A stretch of 64,000 nucleotides of DNA, taken from Candidatus Thalassarchaeaceae archaeon (lineage in GTDB: Archaea > Thermoplasmatota > Poseidoniia > Poseidoniales > Thalassarchaeaceae). Positions within the stretch are counted from its first letter, which is position 1. The number at the start of each line of letters is the position of its first letter. The stretch spans positions 249,232-313,231 of the forward strand of contig JBJLBP010000001.1 of the NCBI GenBank assembly GCA_045568075.1, in the 5' to 3' direction. The notes beneath the pieces are model-generated. The model saw only the letters and a list, made by a program, of their open reading frames with translations. It searched no databases and had not been told where the DNA came from. The position numbers and the translations under genes were made by a program. Below, one piece after another: positions 37,462 through 46,807 of the stretch.

Positions 37462-38787
37462 ATGCTGTTAATCATTGGCCCCCACAGACAGCCCGTGTCT
37501 GAGGCAGAGGCAGAGGATTTGGCGGCGCAAGATACTCCATCCGAGGCAAAGCCCGAGGACGGTTTCATCGCTCATCAACTCTCACCATCTTCGTGGAACC
37601 GCTACGAAGAATGCCCCCGCAAATACTGGCTCTCGCGCCAAGGACTCCCGCGCAAGGCGAGTATGCCAGCAGCGATGGGAAATGCAGTGCATAATTCGGT
37701 TGAGGACCTCTGCAATCTAGATCTCACTGGCCGCGATGAAGATGAGTCCGGATGGCTTCCGGCCACTGCCAAGGCCGTCCTCGACCGACACTGGCAGATA
37801 GAGAAGGACAACTTCCTCGAAACCCCTCGCCATCCTCGTTGGAAGGGAGAACAGATTACCAAGGCTCACGATGGATTGATCGGCGCTCTAAACATCCTCT
37901 TCAGTAAATCAAATATCGATGTTCAGAATCTCTCGGAAGTTACAGTTGGGACTTGGAGAGAGGTACAATCGATTGTTTTGGCAAACGAGGGGACTCTTGT
38001 CTCCGAGTGCGGCCGGATGATGGGTCGGCTGGATCTATTAGTTGCCGATTTGGATGAAAACGGGGAATCTCGTGGCTGGATTGTCGCCGACCTCAAAACT
38101 GGCCGCCCACCATCTCCAATGTTGAATGAGAAGGTCAGTAGACAGTTGCGATTCTATCGCGACTTGCTGAAGCAGAACAACCCGAATCATCCCCCTGTGG
38201 TCGCTGAGGGTTGGTATTCGGCCAATCAGACAGTGCATCAAGCCGATGGGCCGGATGTGCTTGAGGCAGCGCTTGAGGCGTGGGAAGGAATGCGCCCCTC
38301 CACCACACCTCTGCCGGCGAATCCCGGTGAGCAGCAATGCGGCTGGTGTGAATGGAAGGCATGGTGTCCAATTTGGTGGGCTGCTCGCCGAGATGGACTT
38401 CTTTCGCCAGGGCACATGTTCCGCGATGAGGTGGTTCAGGTGGTGCGCTTCGACCGTGAGGCAGGAGCCGCGCTTTTCCAGCGTATGCCGCCTGTCGGAG
38501 AGGAGGGTGAATTGGCACCCTCGGACCACAAATTTGGTGCTGTGATTCGTGACCAAGCCCTAACCCAATTATCCGAATTGCTCGACTCTGGTCACGAGGG
38601 TGCCATATTCATTGGTAGCGCACGGATGGATGGCCGCGTGGCTCATCTTGGGGATTGGTGCGAAGTGATTCCTTGGAGTCCAATGAATGAGGGTCACGCG
38701 CGCGATCACTCGCGCTGGCTGCGTAGCAATTCTGACACAGTCTTCGATGGAATCGGCGAAGATGGCGAGGCAAGCCAGTCCAAGTAG
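37462..38787 (+). CDS. Cas4/RecB-like PD-(D/E)XK nuclease with Fe-S Cys cluster plus unknown C-terminal extension
   Basis: N-terminal Cys (YEECPRKYWL), GRLDLLV...VADLKTGR (D...ExK core), QLRFY, three C-terminal Cys CGWCEWKAWC. This is the Cas4-like C-x-C-x5-C pattern. No cas genes nearby. Confidence 0.6.
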   Translation: MLLIIGPHRQPVSEAEAEDLAAQDTPSEAKPEDGFIAHQLSPSSWNRYEECPRKYWLSRQGLPRKASMPAAMGNAVHNSVEDLCNLDLTGRDEDESGWLPATAKAVLDRHWQIEKDNFLETPRHPRWKGEQITKAHDGLIGALNILFSKSNIDVQNLSEVTVGTWREVQSIVLANEGTLVSECGRMMGRLDLLVADLDENGESRGWIVADLKTGRPPSPMLNEKVSRQLRFYRDLLKQNNPNHPPVVAEGWYSANQTVHQADGPDVLEAALEAWEGMRPSTTPLPANPGEQQCGWCEWKAWCPIWWAARRDGLLSPGHMFRDEVVQVVRFDREAGAALFQRMPPVGEEGELAPSDHKFGAVIRDQALTQLSELLDSGHEGAIFIGSARMDGRVAHLGDWCEVIPWSPMNEGHARDHSRWLRSNSDTVFDGIGEDGEASQSK

Positions 38788-39599
38788 CGCTTGTCGATTC
38801 GTTCCAATTCCTCTAATGTACGCCCCTTGTGCTTGCCGAAGGCGATGACTACACCATTTTCTGAGTGGCGCAGTTTACCGTTTGTACCTTCTACAGGCTC
38901 GAGGTCGACCATTCCAGGCCCAAGGCGATCGCTGCTCCCACGGTTACCTGAGAGCATGTCTTGTAATTCGTCGAGGTCACCGCGGAAATCCTTCGGATGA
39001 CTCTGCATCATCGACCAAAGCAGCAAGAGTGTCGCGCCCGCATCTGCATCAGCTGTATGGGCGCGTGTGATGCTGATATCGTAACGCGCGCAAAGCGTCC
39101 CCAGCGCATGCCTCCCAGGAATTCGCAATTTGCGCGCTAGCGTCAGTGTGTCGATGATGGCGCGCGGGACAGGCACTTCGAAGCCCGCGCGCATACACTC
39201 GAGTTCAAGGAATCTCCAATCGAATCGAGTGACATTGTGACCGACTATTACCGCGCCCGAAATCAATCTGCTCAACTCTGGTAGGTGCTCGGAGAATTCC
39301 TTCTCTCCTTTGACATCCGCATCCATGATGCCATGCACACGAGAAGAAGCATCAGGAATTTGTCGACGAGGATTAACTAGTGAAGTTTGATTGATGTGAG
39401 ATCCATCCTCGTCGCTCCCAATCAGCGCATATTGAACAATTCTATCACTACGTGGATCGAGTCCAGTAGTCTCCAAGTCGAAGCCTAGAACGCGGTATCC
39501 AGCGAGCATCCCTCCGACCATGACGGCACGTGCAAGAGGCCCCCCATGAACTTCTGTGGTGACGGGGTTGAACCCGTCATGCCTATTTGCGCGTCTCAT
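38706..39599 (-). CDS. DEDDh 3'-5' exonuclease (DnaQ/epsilon-like) with C-terminal extension
   Basis: Exo I VLGFDLETTGLD, H-x4-D region SRVHGIMDADV. Start at internal Met (39599 or 39521) to avoid overlap with the divergent PKD lipoprotein gene. 3' end overlaps the convergent nuclease gene by ~80 bp. Confidence 0.65.
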   Translation of the reverse strand: MRRANRHDGFNPVTTEVHGGPLARAVMVGGMLAGYRVLGFDLETTGLDPRSDRIVQYALIGSDEDGSHINQTSLVNPRRQIPDASSRVHGIMDADVKGEKEFSEHLPELSRLISGAVIVGHNVTRFDWRFLELECMRAGFEVPVPRAIIDTLTLARKLRIPGRHALGTLCARYDISITRAHTADADAGATLLLLWSMMQSHPKDFRGDLDELQDMLSGNRGSSDRLGPGMVDLEPVEGTNGKLRHSENGVVIAFGKHKGRTLEELERIDKRYLDWLASPSSPIPSKTVSELLRSQRE

Positions 39600-39612
39600 T
39601 ACCAATCCTCTG

Positions 39613-40779
39613 ATGAACAGGACCGAGGCGACTGCAAAGATGCTCTCACTCCTTCTCCTCACCACCGCACTTGCAGGTTGCACTGGGCTCGCCTCGACCA
39701 CTCCGATTGCAGATATTACCGCGGATCGCACAACGGTGAATGTCGGCGAGACCGTCAATTTTGACGCTAGAGGTTCGACTACTCCTTCGCCGACAATAAT
39801 CGACGAATATGTCTGGGATTTCGGCGAAGCTGAGAAGCGCACGACAACTACTGGAATTGCTTTCCACACTTTCACAGAGGCCGGGAACCACGACGTCGAA
39901 GTCGAAGTTTTCAATGATCAGGGTGAGAGCGATCGCGCCTCGATTGCAATTTTCGTTAATTCCCCTCCAATCGTCGTCCTCGATATGCCTGGATATGTGC
40001 GAACCAACGAGACCGCCACCATCGATGCCAGTTCCTCCTATGATCCCGAAGGCGGTGGTGTCGAATACATCTGGGACCTTGACCTCGGCTTCGACCGCAA
40101 CGGCGATGGTGACCCTCGTAACGACGCCGACGCAACCTCATCATCTGTCGAAGTGATGTACGCCGACTCGGGTAATCAGACAGGAATGCTCACTCTCATC
40201 GACGACAATGGTGCGACGACCACTCAGACCTGGAGTCTGATGGTCGTCAATCGTATGTTCAACGTCGTTTGGGAAGAACAGCACGTCAGCTTCGAATGGA
40301 ACGGACACACCGAACAGGGTGAGAGCACAATCCACGAGCACACCCCTGGAGACGGGGCTCGAATCATCCAAGTTAACGCGACGCTGACTTTGGCTCGAGA
40401 CCTACTGCCATTCCAATGGCCAGAGGACAATTTCACTCTGCGAGTCAATGTACCTATGACCGGTTGGACGACGAGCACGCAGACTACTCAGGAAAATGTC
40501 ACACTAAATGCGACTGCTCGCATTGACCGGGGCGGGATGAATCCGTGGCCCGAGAGTGGTTATACCGTAAGTTCGGACTCGTCCGAAAGCCTCGTTGAAA
40601 GCCTGCTCAACGAAGCGGGAGCGAGGTTTGGCCAAGGAGAATGGATTTGGACGGTAACGGCAGACGAGTGCGACCCAGATATCCCAATCGATGGAGTAGA
40701 TCCTGATACTGGCAATGATTGGACTCTGACCATCGATTACATCATTCTGATCCCTAGAGTCAGTGAAGTCGGAGCCTGA
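39613..40779 (+). CDS. PKD-domain-containing secreted lipoprotein
   Basis: Signal + lipobox LLLLTTALAGC. Two PKD-like modules (VNVGETVNFDARGS...YVWDFGEA; ETATIDASSSYDPEGGGVEYIWDLD). Confidence 0.6.
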   Translation: MNRTEATAKMLSLLLLTTALAGCTGLASTTPIADITADRTTVNVGETVNFDARGSTTPSPTIIDEYVWDFGEAEKRTTTTGIAFHTFTEAGNHDVEVEVFNDQGESDRASIAIFVNSPPIVVLDMPGYVRTNETATIDASSSYDPEGGGVEYIWDLDLGFDRNGDGDPRNDADATSSSVEVMYADSGNQTGMLTLIDDNGATTTQTWSLMVVNRMFNVVWEEQHVSFEWNGHTEQGESTIHEHTPGDGARIIQVNATLTLARDLLPFQWPEDNFTLRVNVPMTGWTTSTQTTQENVTLNATARIDRGGMNPWPESGYTVSSDSSESLVESLLNEAGARFGQGEWIWTVTADECDPDIPIDGVDPDTGNDWTLTIDYIILIPRVSEVGA

Positions 40780-40802
40780 TTCCGTCTCTATGGCCCTGCG
40801 TT

Positions 40803-41222
40803 TTGTTTGATTGGGTAAGTCTCCGATGGATGCGCAAAGGCCTTTCAACTCGGAGCCTGTGGAATGCTTCGATGGTGCGCTCAATTGAGATCAAGAAGGC
40901 CTCTGTGCGAGACCGATTGATTGTCGATGTCGACGTTTTCATGAAAGAACCGGACGACTTCGATTTCTCACCACGCGCGAGTATGGATGGTAACAGCCTG
41001 AGTATCACCAACGCCGGCGCTGATGCAGGAGGAAGTATCGACCTCGACGAGGATCAGATGAACGCCGCCGAGCGCGATCGCATGGTCGAGTTGCGCGTCA
41101 AATTCTCAGTTGATGGCATGCACGGCGTACTTACTCACAAGACCAAGAATGTCCAAACTGGCCCTAATGCCAAGAAGCTCGCAGAGCCTCGCTGGAAGAC
41201 CGTCTTGCCGCTTACTCTCTAG
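40803..41222 (+). CDS. Hypothetical protein
   Basis: 139 aa ORF, no motif. True start may be the internal Met at ~40875. Confidence 0.3.
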   Translation: MFDWVSLRWMRKGLSTRSLWNASMVRSIEIKKASVRDRLIVDVDVFMKEPDDFDFSPRASMDGNSLSITNAGADAGGSIDLDEDQMNAAERDRMVELRVKFSVDGMHGVLTHKTKNVQTGPNAKKLAEPRWKTVLPLTL

Positions 41223-41274
41223 TCCCACTGAAACCGTCGGGATTAAACCGAAGTCACAGGTCGAGCGGCTCGCT

Positions 41275-41351
41275 GGACCCATAGTGTAGCCTGGATATCA
41301 CTGGGGCTTGCGGAGCCTCAAACCCGTGTTCGAATCGCGGTGGGTCCGCCA
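41275..41351 (+). tRNA. tRNA-Arg (anticodon GCG) with encoded CCA
   Basis: Acceptor GGACCCA/UGGGUCC perfect. Anticodon stem GGGGC/GCCUC with loop UUGCGGA. T-arm CCGUG-UUCGAAU-CGCGG. Discriminator G + CCA. Confidence 0.8.
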
Positions 41352-41396
41352 ATTTCTCATCGTTGCGTTCAAGCAGAAGCGCCCCGACGGGAGGGT

Positions 41397-41813
41397 ATGG
41401 CATTCACTTCGAGTCGGCGCGTTGACTTCCCGATGGTCGATATTGCAAAGATTGTTTACTACCCTCAATTCTGGGATTTGGCGCACCGATTTTACGAGGA
41501 GTCATGGGAATTTTCGTGCGGGATGCATTACAATGAGATATTAGTCAAGCACAATATAGGATTCCCACTTGTTCATTCAGAAGCAAATTTCCATCATCCG
41601 TTGGCTTACGGTGACACCGTTGATTGCACCATTACTGTGCCACGAATAGGAGATACCTCAATCACTTGGAGAATAGAGTTCAGAAACCAAGATGGTACCC
41701 TTTGTTGGACCGCTGACCAAGTGACTGTTTGTGTCGATATGAGTGATGTCAAACGGAAGATTTCCGTACCAGACTGGATGCGCGAAGGCCTTTCCAAATT
41801 AATGCAGGAATAA
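41397..41813 (+). CDS. Acyl-CoA thioesterase, 4HBT/YbgC hotdog family
   Basis: VDFPMVDIAKIVYYPQFWDLAHRFYEESW...GDTVDCTI matches the 4HBT fold pattern. Start moved to Met 41397 because ORF 41340 overlaps the tRNA. Confidence 0.65.
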   Translation: MAFTSSRRVDFPMVDIAKIVYYPQFWDLAHRFYEESWEFSCGMHYNEILVKHNIGFPLVHSEANFHHPLAYGDTVDCTITVPRIGDTSITWRIEFRNQDGTLCWTADQVTVCVDMSDVKRKISVPDWMREGLSKLMQE

Positions 41814-41818
41814 TCCAA

Positions 41819-42253
41819 TTATTTCTGAGGCCATTTTTTCCCCAGAGCATTCCGCAGACTATCATCCATGGTGGCTTCCCACCAATTAGCATCTCTCCAA
41901 ATGGCATAGCGTCCACGGATTCCACGTAGGTCTGCACCATCTAGGCGACATCTTTGGAAGTTTGACAAGTTCATTCGCGCTTTCACAAAACTCGCGCCTC
42001 GCATATCGGCATCATCGAATGCCGCTTTCATTAGATTAGCTCGCTTGAAGGAGGCCTTTCGAAGATCCGCACCAGACAAATCTGCTCCTTCTAAGTCAGC
42101 CCCATCGAAAACCGCACGGCGTAGATTTGCCCCTGAAAGATCGATTCCACGCAGGTCTGCACCGACGTGAGAAGTGAAAGACCAGTCCTTCGGTCCCTCA
42201 GAATCATCCTCAGATTCGGCCTCTGTTCCGGCCGTTGCACCTTCGTCACTCAC
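41819..42253 (-). CDS. Pentapeptide-repeat protein
   Basis: Tandem A(D/N)LxGADLxGA pentapeptide repeats (ADLRGIDLSGANLRRAVFDGADLEGADLSGADLRKASF...). Confidence 0.7.
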   Translation of the reverse strand: MSDEGATAGTEAESEDDSEGPKDWSFTSHVGADLRGIDLSGANLRRAVFDGADLEGADLSGADLRKASFKRANLMKAAFDDADMRGASFVKARMNLSNFQRCRLDGADLRGIRGRYAIWRDANWWEATMDDSLRNALGKKWPQK

Positions 42254-42879
42254 GAGGATAGCCTCTCGAGATGGTCGCGACCTGCGTCGGTGACAACAAC
42301 GTAGCGATTCTTCTCCTTGCCCGCGGGGTATGCAAGTAATGCTGGGCGACCCCGCGATGAGGAATCATCGAGCATTCGGTTGATGTAGAGCGAGAGATTC
42401 CACTTTTCGAGTTCAGCATCGGTCCATCGACCAGAATCTCCGATTAGTCTCTTGACGGCTCGAGGAGGTGTATCGTCCTCCTTTTCGACTGAGCGCAGAT
42501 AGTGAATAGCAGCGAGAATCACGTCTCCTGTTCGGTAGACGTTGCAATTCTCGAGCAAACGCCTGAATGCCGAGCCGCGCTCTGGAATTCCCGTTTCACT
42601 AATCGATTGCCGAGCCGCTTCTATCGCATCTTGGCGCGCGGTTCGAATCTTTGAGAGAGCAGAAGCCCAAGTGTCCTGTTCCTTCAATTTCAGCCAAGAA
42701 TCGTTGACTTCGCGGGCTGATCCTGTCAAATCGACCTCGGTTGAACCTACACGAATCCAAATTCTTCCGATGTTTCCGTTATCCTCTTCAGACATGCTAA
42801 CGAGACGAGGACAAGCCACCTTCTGATAAAATCGACTCGTGATTTGTATCATTACATTAGGCGCGCGAGGTAAAGCCAC
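42250..42879 (-). CDS. Hypothetical protein, translationally coupled to pentapeptide-repeat gene
   Basis: 209 aa, stop/start overlap (ATGA) with 41819..42253. No recognisable motif. Confidence 0.4.
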   Translation of the reverse strand: MALPRAPNVMIQITSRFYQKVACPRLVSMSEEDNGNIGRIWIRVGSTEVDLTGSAREVNDSWLKLKEQDTWASALSKIRTARQDAIEAARQSISETGIPERGSAFRRLLENCNVYRTGDVILAAIHYLRSVEKEDDTPPRAVKRLIGDSGRWTDAELEKWNLSLYINRMLDDSSSRGRPALLAYPAGKEKNRYVVVTDAGRDHLERLSS

Positions 42880-42934
42880 TATGAATCTCGGGTGACCGTT
42901 TGATTCAAGACACAGCGGTGACGACCAGCATTCA

Positions 42935-43705
42935 ATGGTCGAACACGGCAGCTCAGGTTACCCTCTGGTCCTGCACTCCGCAGCGGACCCCACTAGGCTC
43001 GGTGGTACCGCCATTTGTGGATTCTCTACAGTCGGTTCTGTAGGGGTAATTGCGATGTCGCATATCATCCAAACGATGGGTCTTCACCCGATGGGAACGG
43101 TGCTCCATCCAGAGTTTCCTGCTATCGCACTCATCCACGATTCAGTCCCTAAGCACCCCGTTCGCGTCTACCAAGGCGAAGGAATGGGCGTTTTCATCGC
43201 CGAAATTCAATTTCCGCCACAGAATGATGTGCACTTTGGAGAGACGGTTCTAGAATGGTTCACCAAAGGAGGGTTCGACCGTTTGATTGTCATCGACGGC
43301 GTCGTTAGCAATGATTTGGGAATCAAGGAGGAGAGCGACCTCTGGGGAGTCTCTTCGACTGCGATCGGTCGTGATGCGCTTGACGATTCTGGGATTCGGC
43401 GGATTCAGCAAGGAATTGTCTCAGGAATTTCTGGTTATCTGATTGCAGAAGGTGAGCGGCGCGGGCTCGATGTCACCGCTCTTCTTGCTGAGTGTAATCC
43501 AATGTATCCAGATGCGCGTGCCGCTCTTCTCGCAATCGAAGGCGTTGCCGACTTACTCGACATGGAGATTCCAGTTCAAGGTCTGCTAGAGGATGCTCGG
43601 GCCATCGAGGAACGTGTGCGCGAAGCTTTCGAGCGGGCTCAGGCGAATGCTCTACCAGCACCCGATGATGATCGCGACGACGATGAAGTCAGAATGGTAT
43701 ACTGA
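42935..43705 (+). CDS. PAC2-family protein (second paralog)
   Basis: COG1938-like (IAMSHIIQTMGLHP...GMGVFIAEIQFP...GISGYLIAEGERRGLDV). Acidic tail ending ...RMVY. Confidence 0.6.
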   Translation: MVEHGSSGYPLVLHSAADPTRLGGTAICGFSTVGSVGVIAMSHIIQTMGLHPMGTVLHPEFPAIALIHDSVPKHPVRVYQGEGMGVFIAEIQFPPQNDVHFGETVLEWFTKGGFDRLIVIDGVVSNDLGIKEESDLWGVSSTAIGRDALDDSGIRRIQQGIVSGISGYLIAEGERRGLDVTALLAECNPMYPDARAALLAIEGVADLLDMEIPVQGLLEDARAIEERVREAFERAQANALPAPDDDRDDDEVRMVY

Positions 43706-43733
43706 GCCGTTGAATCGGCTGGATATAGCCGCC

Positions 43734-44303
43734 TCAGTAGAACGGATTTGTTCCGGCGGCGTGGTCGGTAGAATCGATGACCTCTGAGATCTCAGGAACC
43801 TTCTCCTTGATCATCACTTCAACGCCTTGCTTGAGGGTGACATCGGCCATGCCGCAACCTTGACAGCCGCCTCCAAAGGCAATAATCGCCTTGTTTTCGT
43901 CGACGCCGACAAGTTCGACAACGCCGCCGTGGCTTGCTACTGCAGGATTGACTTCATTGTTGATGATCTCAGCGACTTTCTTTGAGAGTTCGTCGACCCA
44001 GAGCGGATTTGGATTGTCAAAGGCGAAACCGCCGCCCATCAGCGTCTCCTTGAAATCGAGAGTTGAACCATCGAGATATTGTGCGCTGCGTGCAGCAACA
44101 CGGACCTTCATGCCCTCGACTTCGACGACGAGGTCATCGGTCGAACCTCCATCGGCCGTGACAAATTGTAAGTCGTATTGGAATCCCTTTGGCCCTCGGC
44201 CAATGATTTCTACACGCAGCGAAAGCTCCCCTCCATCCGCCTGCTCAGCGAAAGAATCGAGCATTTCGCGTGCCTTCGGGGTAATCGATAGCATGGCCAT
44301 CAC
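43734..44303 (-). CDS. NifU/Nfu-type Fe-S cluster assembly protein
   Basis: C-terminal Nfu CxxC motif (GGGCQGCGMADVTLKQGVEVMI). N-terminal degenerate A-type carrier-like domain. Confidence 0.75.
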   Translation of the reverse strand: MMAMLSITPKAREMLDSFAEQADGGELSLRVEIIGRGPKGFQYDLQFVTADGGSTDDLVVEVEGMKVRVAARSAQYLDGSTLDFKETLMGGGFAFDNPNPLWVDELSKKVAEIINNEVNPAVASHGGVVELVGVDENKAIIAFGGGCQGCGMADVTLKQGVEVMIKEKVPEISEVIDSTDHAAGTNPFY

Positions 44304-44413
44304 CCCCCTTCACAAGCCCCTCTCACTTCAATCTGTTCTCGCTCGGACCCCCCGGGACTATCGTAGTCTTGGTCTTCGGTAAACCCATTACCAATAGCAG
44401 ACTAGACTCGGCA

Positions 44414-45424
44414 ATGGCGCCCGAGGAAGTCACCGACCGCCTCGGAAGACCTCTGCGTGATTTACGAATTTCAGTCACCGACCGCTGTAACTTCCGTTGC
44501 CCTTACTGCATGCCGCGCGAGCGCTTTGGGGAGGATCACACATTTCTCCCGCGCCGCGCCTTCCTGACCTTTGATGAAATCGAAAAAGTCGTTCAGGCAA
44601 GCCTCCCTCTTGGTCTTGAAAAGGTCCGCTTAACAGGTGGCGAACCTCTTCTTCGCCCCGACCTCGCCGATCTCGTTTCTCGTCTTTCGAACCTCGGTGT
44701 CGACCTAGCACTCACAACCAACGGCTCCCTACTCCGCCGCAACGCACCTGCACTCGCAGCAGCTGGTCTCTCGAGGGTCACTGTAAGTCTGGATGCCCTC
44801 GACGAAAACGTCCACCGAGTGATGTGTGATGCCGATGTGGGCGTCGCAGATGTCCTCGATGGAATAGACGCGGCACTGGAGGCAGGGTTGTCACCAGTGA
44901 AGGTGAATTGTGTCATCAGGAGAGGGGTCAATGAAGAGCAGGCAGCCAAACTAGTCCACCACTTCCGCGGCACTGACGTCACCGTCCGATTCATTGAATT
45001 CATGGATGTGGGGCGGACAAATGGCTGGACTTTAGGAGAGGTTGTGCCGAGCAGGGATCTTCTCAAACATCTACAGAAAGAATTCGATTTGATTCCGCTT
45101 GAGGCCGAGAACGCCTCCGATGTTGCTGTGCGATGGGGTCATTCGGATGGGTCTGGCGAAATCGGCCTGATTTCTTCTGTAAGCGCGCCTTTCTGTGGAG
45201 ATTGCGTGCGCGCGAGGATTTCTGCTGATGGAAGGCTATTCACTTGCTTATTCGCTTCTGGTGGCCACGACCTTCGAGCTTTGATTCACAACGGTGCAAA
45301 CGGAGGAAATCTAACTGCGGCCATCGCTGCAATCTGGACGCGTCGCGCTGATCGCTACTCTGAATTGCGTTCTGAGGAAACTTCTGCACTTCCACGAATC
45401 GAGATGTCATACATCGGCGGTTGA
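44414..45424 (+). CDS. moaA: GTP 3',8-cyclase MoaA (molybdenum cofactor biosynthesis)
   Basis: Radical-SAM CNFRCPYCMP, LTGGEPLLR, C-terminal Cys cluster CGDCVRARISADGRLFTC. Confidence 0.85.
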   Translation: MAPEEVTDRLGRPLRDLRISVTDRCNFRCPYCMPRERFGEDHTFLPRRAFLTFDEIEKVVQASLPLGLEKVRLTGGEPLLRPDLADLVSRLSNLGVDLALTTNGSLLRRNAPALAAAGLSRVTVSLDALDENVHRVMCDADVGVADVLDGIDAALEAGLSPVKVNCVIRRGVNEEQAAKLVHHFRGTDVTVRFIEFMDVGRTNGWTLGEVVPSRDLLKHLQKEFDLIPLEAENASDVAVRWGHSDGSGEIGLISSVSAPFCGDCVRARISADGRLFTCLFASGGHDLRALIHNGANGGNLTAAIAAIWTRRADRYSELRSEETSALPRIEMSYIGG

Positions 45425-46735
45425 GATCGTATCGATCGCTGCAAGCACCGCCGACCAAGGTGCATCAGTTCTAAACGAAGGCTCAGTATAGTGCGAAACT
45501 GATGCACTGTGACCCTGTTCTTTGAGGTAAGCAACCATCTTTGCAGGGCTCGGCGGCGAGCCTCGCTCAAGCCAACTTGCGAGTTCATCGACTGCAATTA
45601 GATGCGCTGCAGAGATTGATTCCGCTTCCTCTGCAAGATTGCGAACCGACCGCACAACTCGTCTTCGCTCTGCCTCGAAATCTGCTCCACTCCATCCGGC
45701 CGGGTCTTCGCCCGCAGCCTCTGGCCCACACATTTCGAGGGCGCGTTCAGTAGTCATGGACGACATTGCATCTGCATTAGCAATCGGGCCAATCCACATA
45801 GGCCCTGAAACGCGTTTATCTTCACGAGCAACAGGGTGAGAAAGCGGAAGGAAACAACGTATTGGCAGGTCGCTACCGTCGTCAGCAGGGAGCAAACCTG
45901 CTGCAACCGAAGCATCGACTTCGGCTTGATTTGGAGTGTAAACTCTCCAGCCCAGTGATTCCTCGACATCATTCGCACCAGTCATCACACGCCTCACGCT
46001 TACGGATACACGCAGATGGTGCGAATCCCAAATGGATAGCAAAGGCTCGATGCTTCGGTCATGGCGCGCTGCCGCGCGCGCGACTGTTGCCATCAGCACA
46101 CGTAGTCCAGAATCGTGCTTCATTTTGTCCAGCCGAACTCTCGCCCCATAGCGCCGCATCAGTGGATTCTTCGATGATCCAGAGAGTGCGGCAGAATCGG
46201 TGGCGCTGACCTCCAATACACCGCGTCTGGCCAGCGCCTGAATCGCCGTATCGAGAAATGGTACGGGCGAGCCGAAAGGATCGATGTCAATCCAGTGCCA
46301 TCCCTGAGAGAGTATGCTCGACCGTAAATCACCGAGAAGAGAATTGAATTCACCTCGACCGGCAGGAAACTCAGATTCGGTCGCCATTGCCCAATCAAGA
46401 GCATTCTGATTCATATCACCTGCAGTTGCAATCAAACGTTCTCCAATCCCCTCTGGTAATTCATGCAACCAACGCCTCGCGCGCAAGCCAGATGCGCTGA
46501 GCCCATCGATCGCTCGAATTGGCCCATCGCCCAAAATTCCAGACTCGATAACATGCGCCATCAGTAGCACGCTACGTGTGCGCGAGCCGGCCATTGCTGG
46601 ATTATGAAAGACCGCATCGGAGCTCTTTGCAGCAGGGCCTCTTGTTGTCGAATCGGGAGCGCTAGTAACTCGGGTTAGCGTGCGCCCTTCCCTGTGGATG
46701 AGGCCAGGCCAGCCTGGAAGAGTCGGAGTTCCCAC
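45407..46735 (-). CDS. trm1: tRNA (guanine26-N2)-dimethyltransferase Trm1
   Basis: FHNPAMAGSRTRSVLL N-terminus and IDIDPFGSPVPFLDTAI SAM-MTase motif typical of Trm1. Confidence 0.8.
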   Translation of the reverse strand: MGTPTLPGWPGLIHREGRTLTRVTSAPDSTTRGPAAKSSDAVFHNPAMAGSRTRSVLLMAHVIESGILGDGPIRAIDGLSASGLRARRWLHELPEGIGERLIATAGDMNQNALDWAMATESEFPAGRGEFNSLLGDLRSSILSQGWHWIDIDPFGSPVPFLDTAIQALARRGVLEVSATDSAALSGSSKNPLMRRYGARVRLDKMKHDSGLRVLMATVARAAARHDRSIEPLLSIWDSHHLRVSVSVRRVMTGANDVEESLGWRVYTPNQAEVDASVAAGLLPADDGSDLPIRCFLPLSHPVAREDKRVSGPMWIGPIANADAMSSMTTERALEMCGPEAAGEDPAGWSGADFEAERRRVVRSVRNLAEEAESISAAHLIAVDELASWLERGSPPSPAKMVAYLKEQGHSASVSHYTEPSFRTDAPWSAVLAAIDTISTADV

Positions 46736-46807
46736 GACGCGACGGGCGAGCCCTCACACATTGGCTTGACTGCTCGCAAGAGTTAGGCAAATCGATGCGA
46801 TGACGGC

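Noticed and set aside
41340-41396. ORF-track start of the thioesterase at 41340
   Set aside because: It would overlap tRNA-Arg (41275-41351). The internal Met 41397 gives a normal 4HBT N-terminus.
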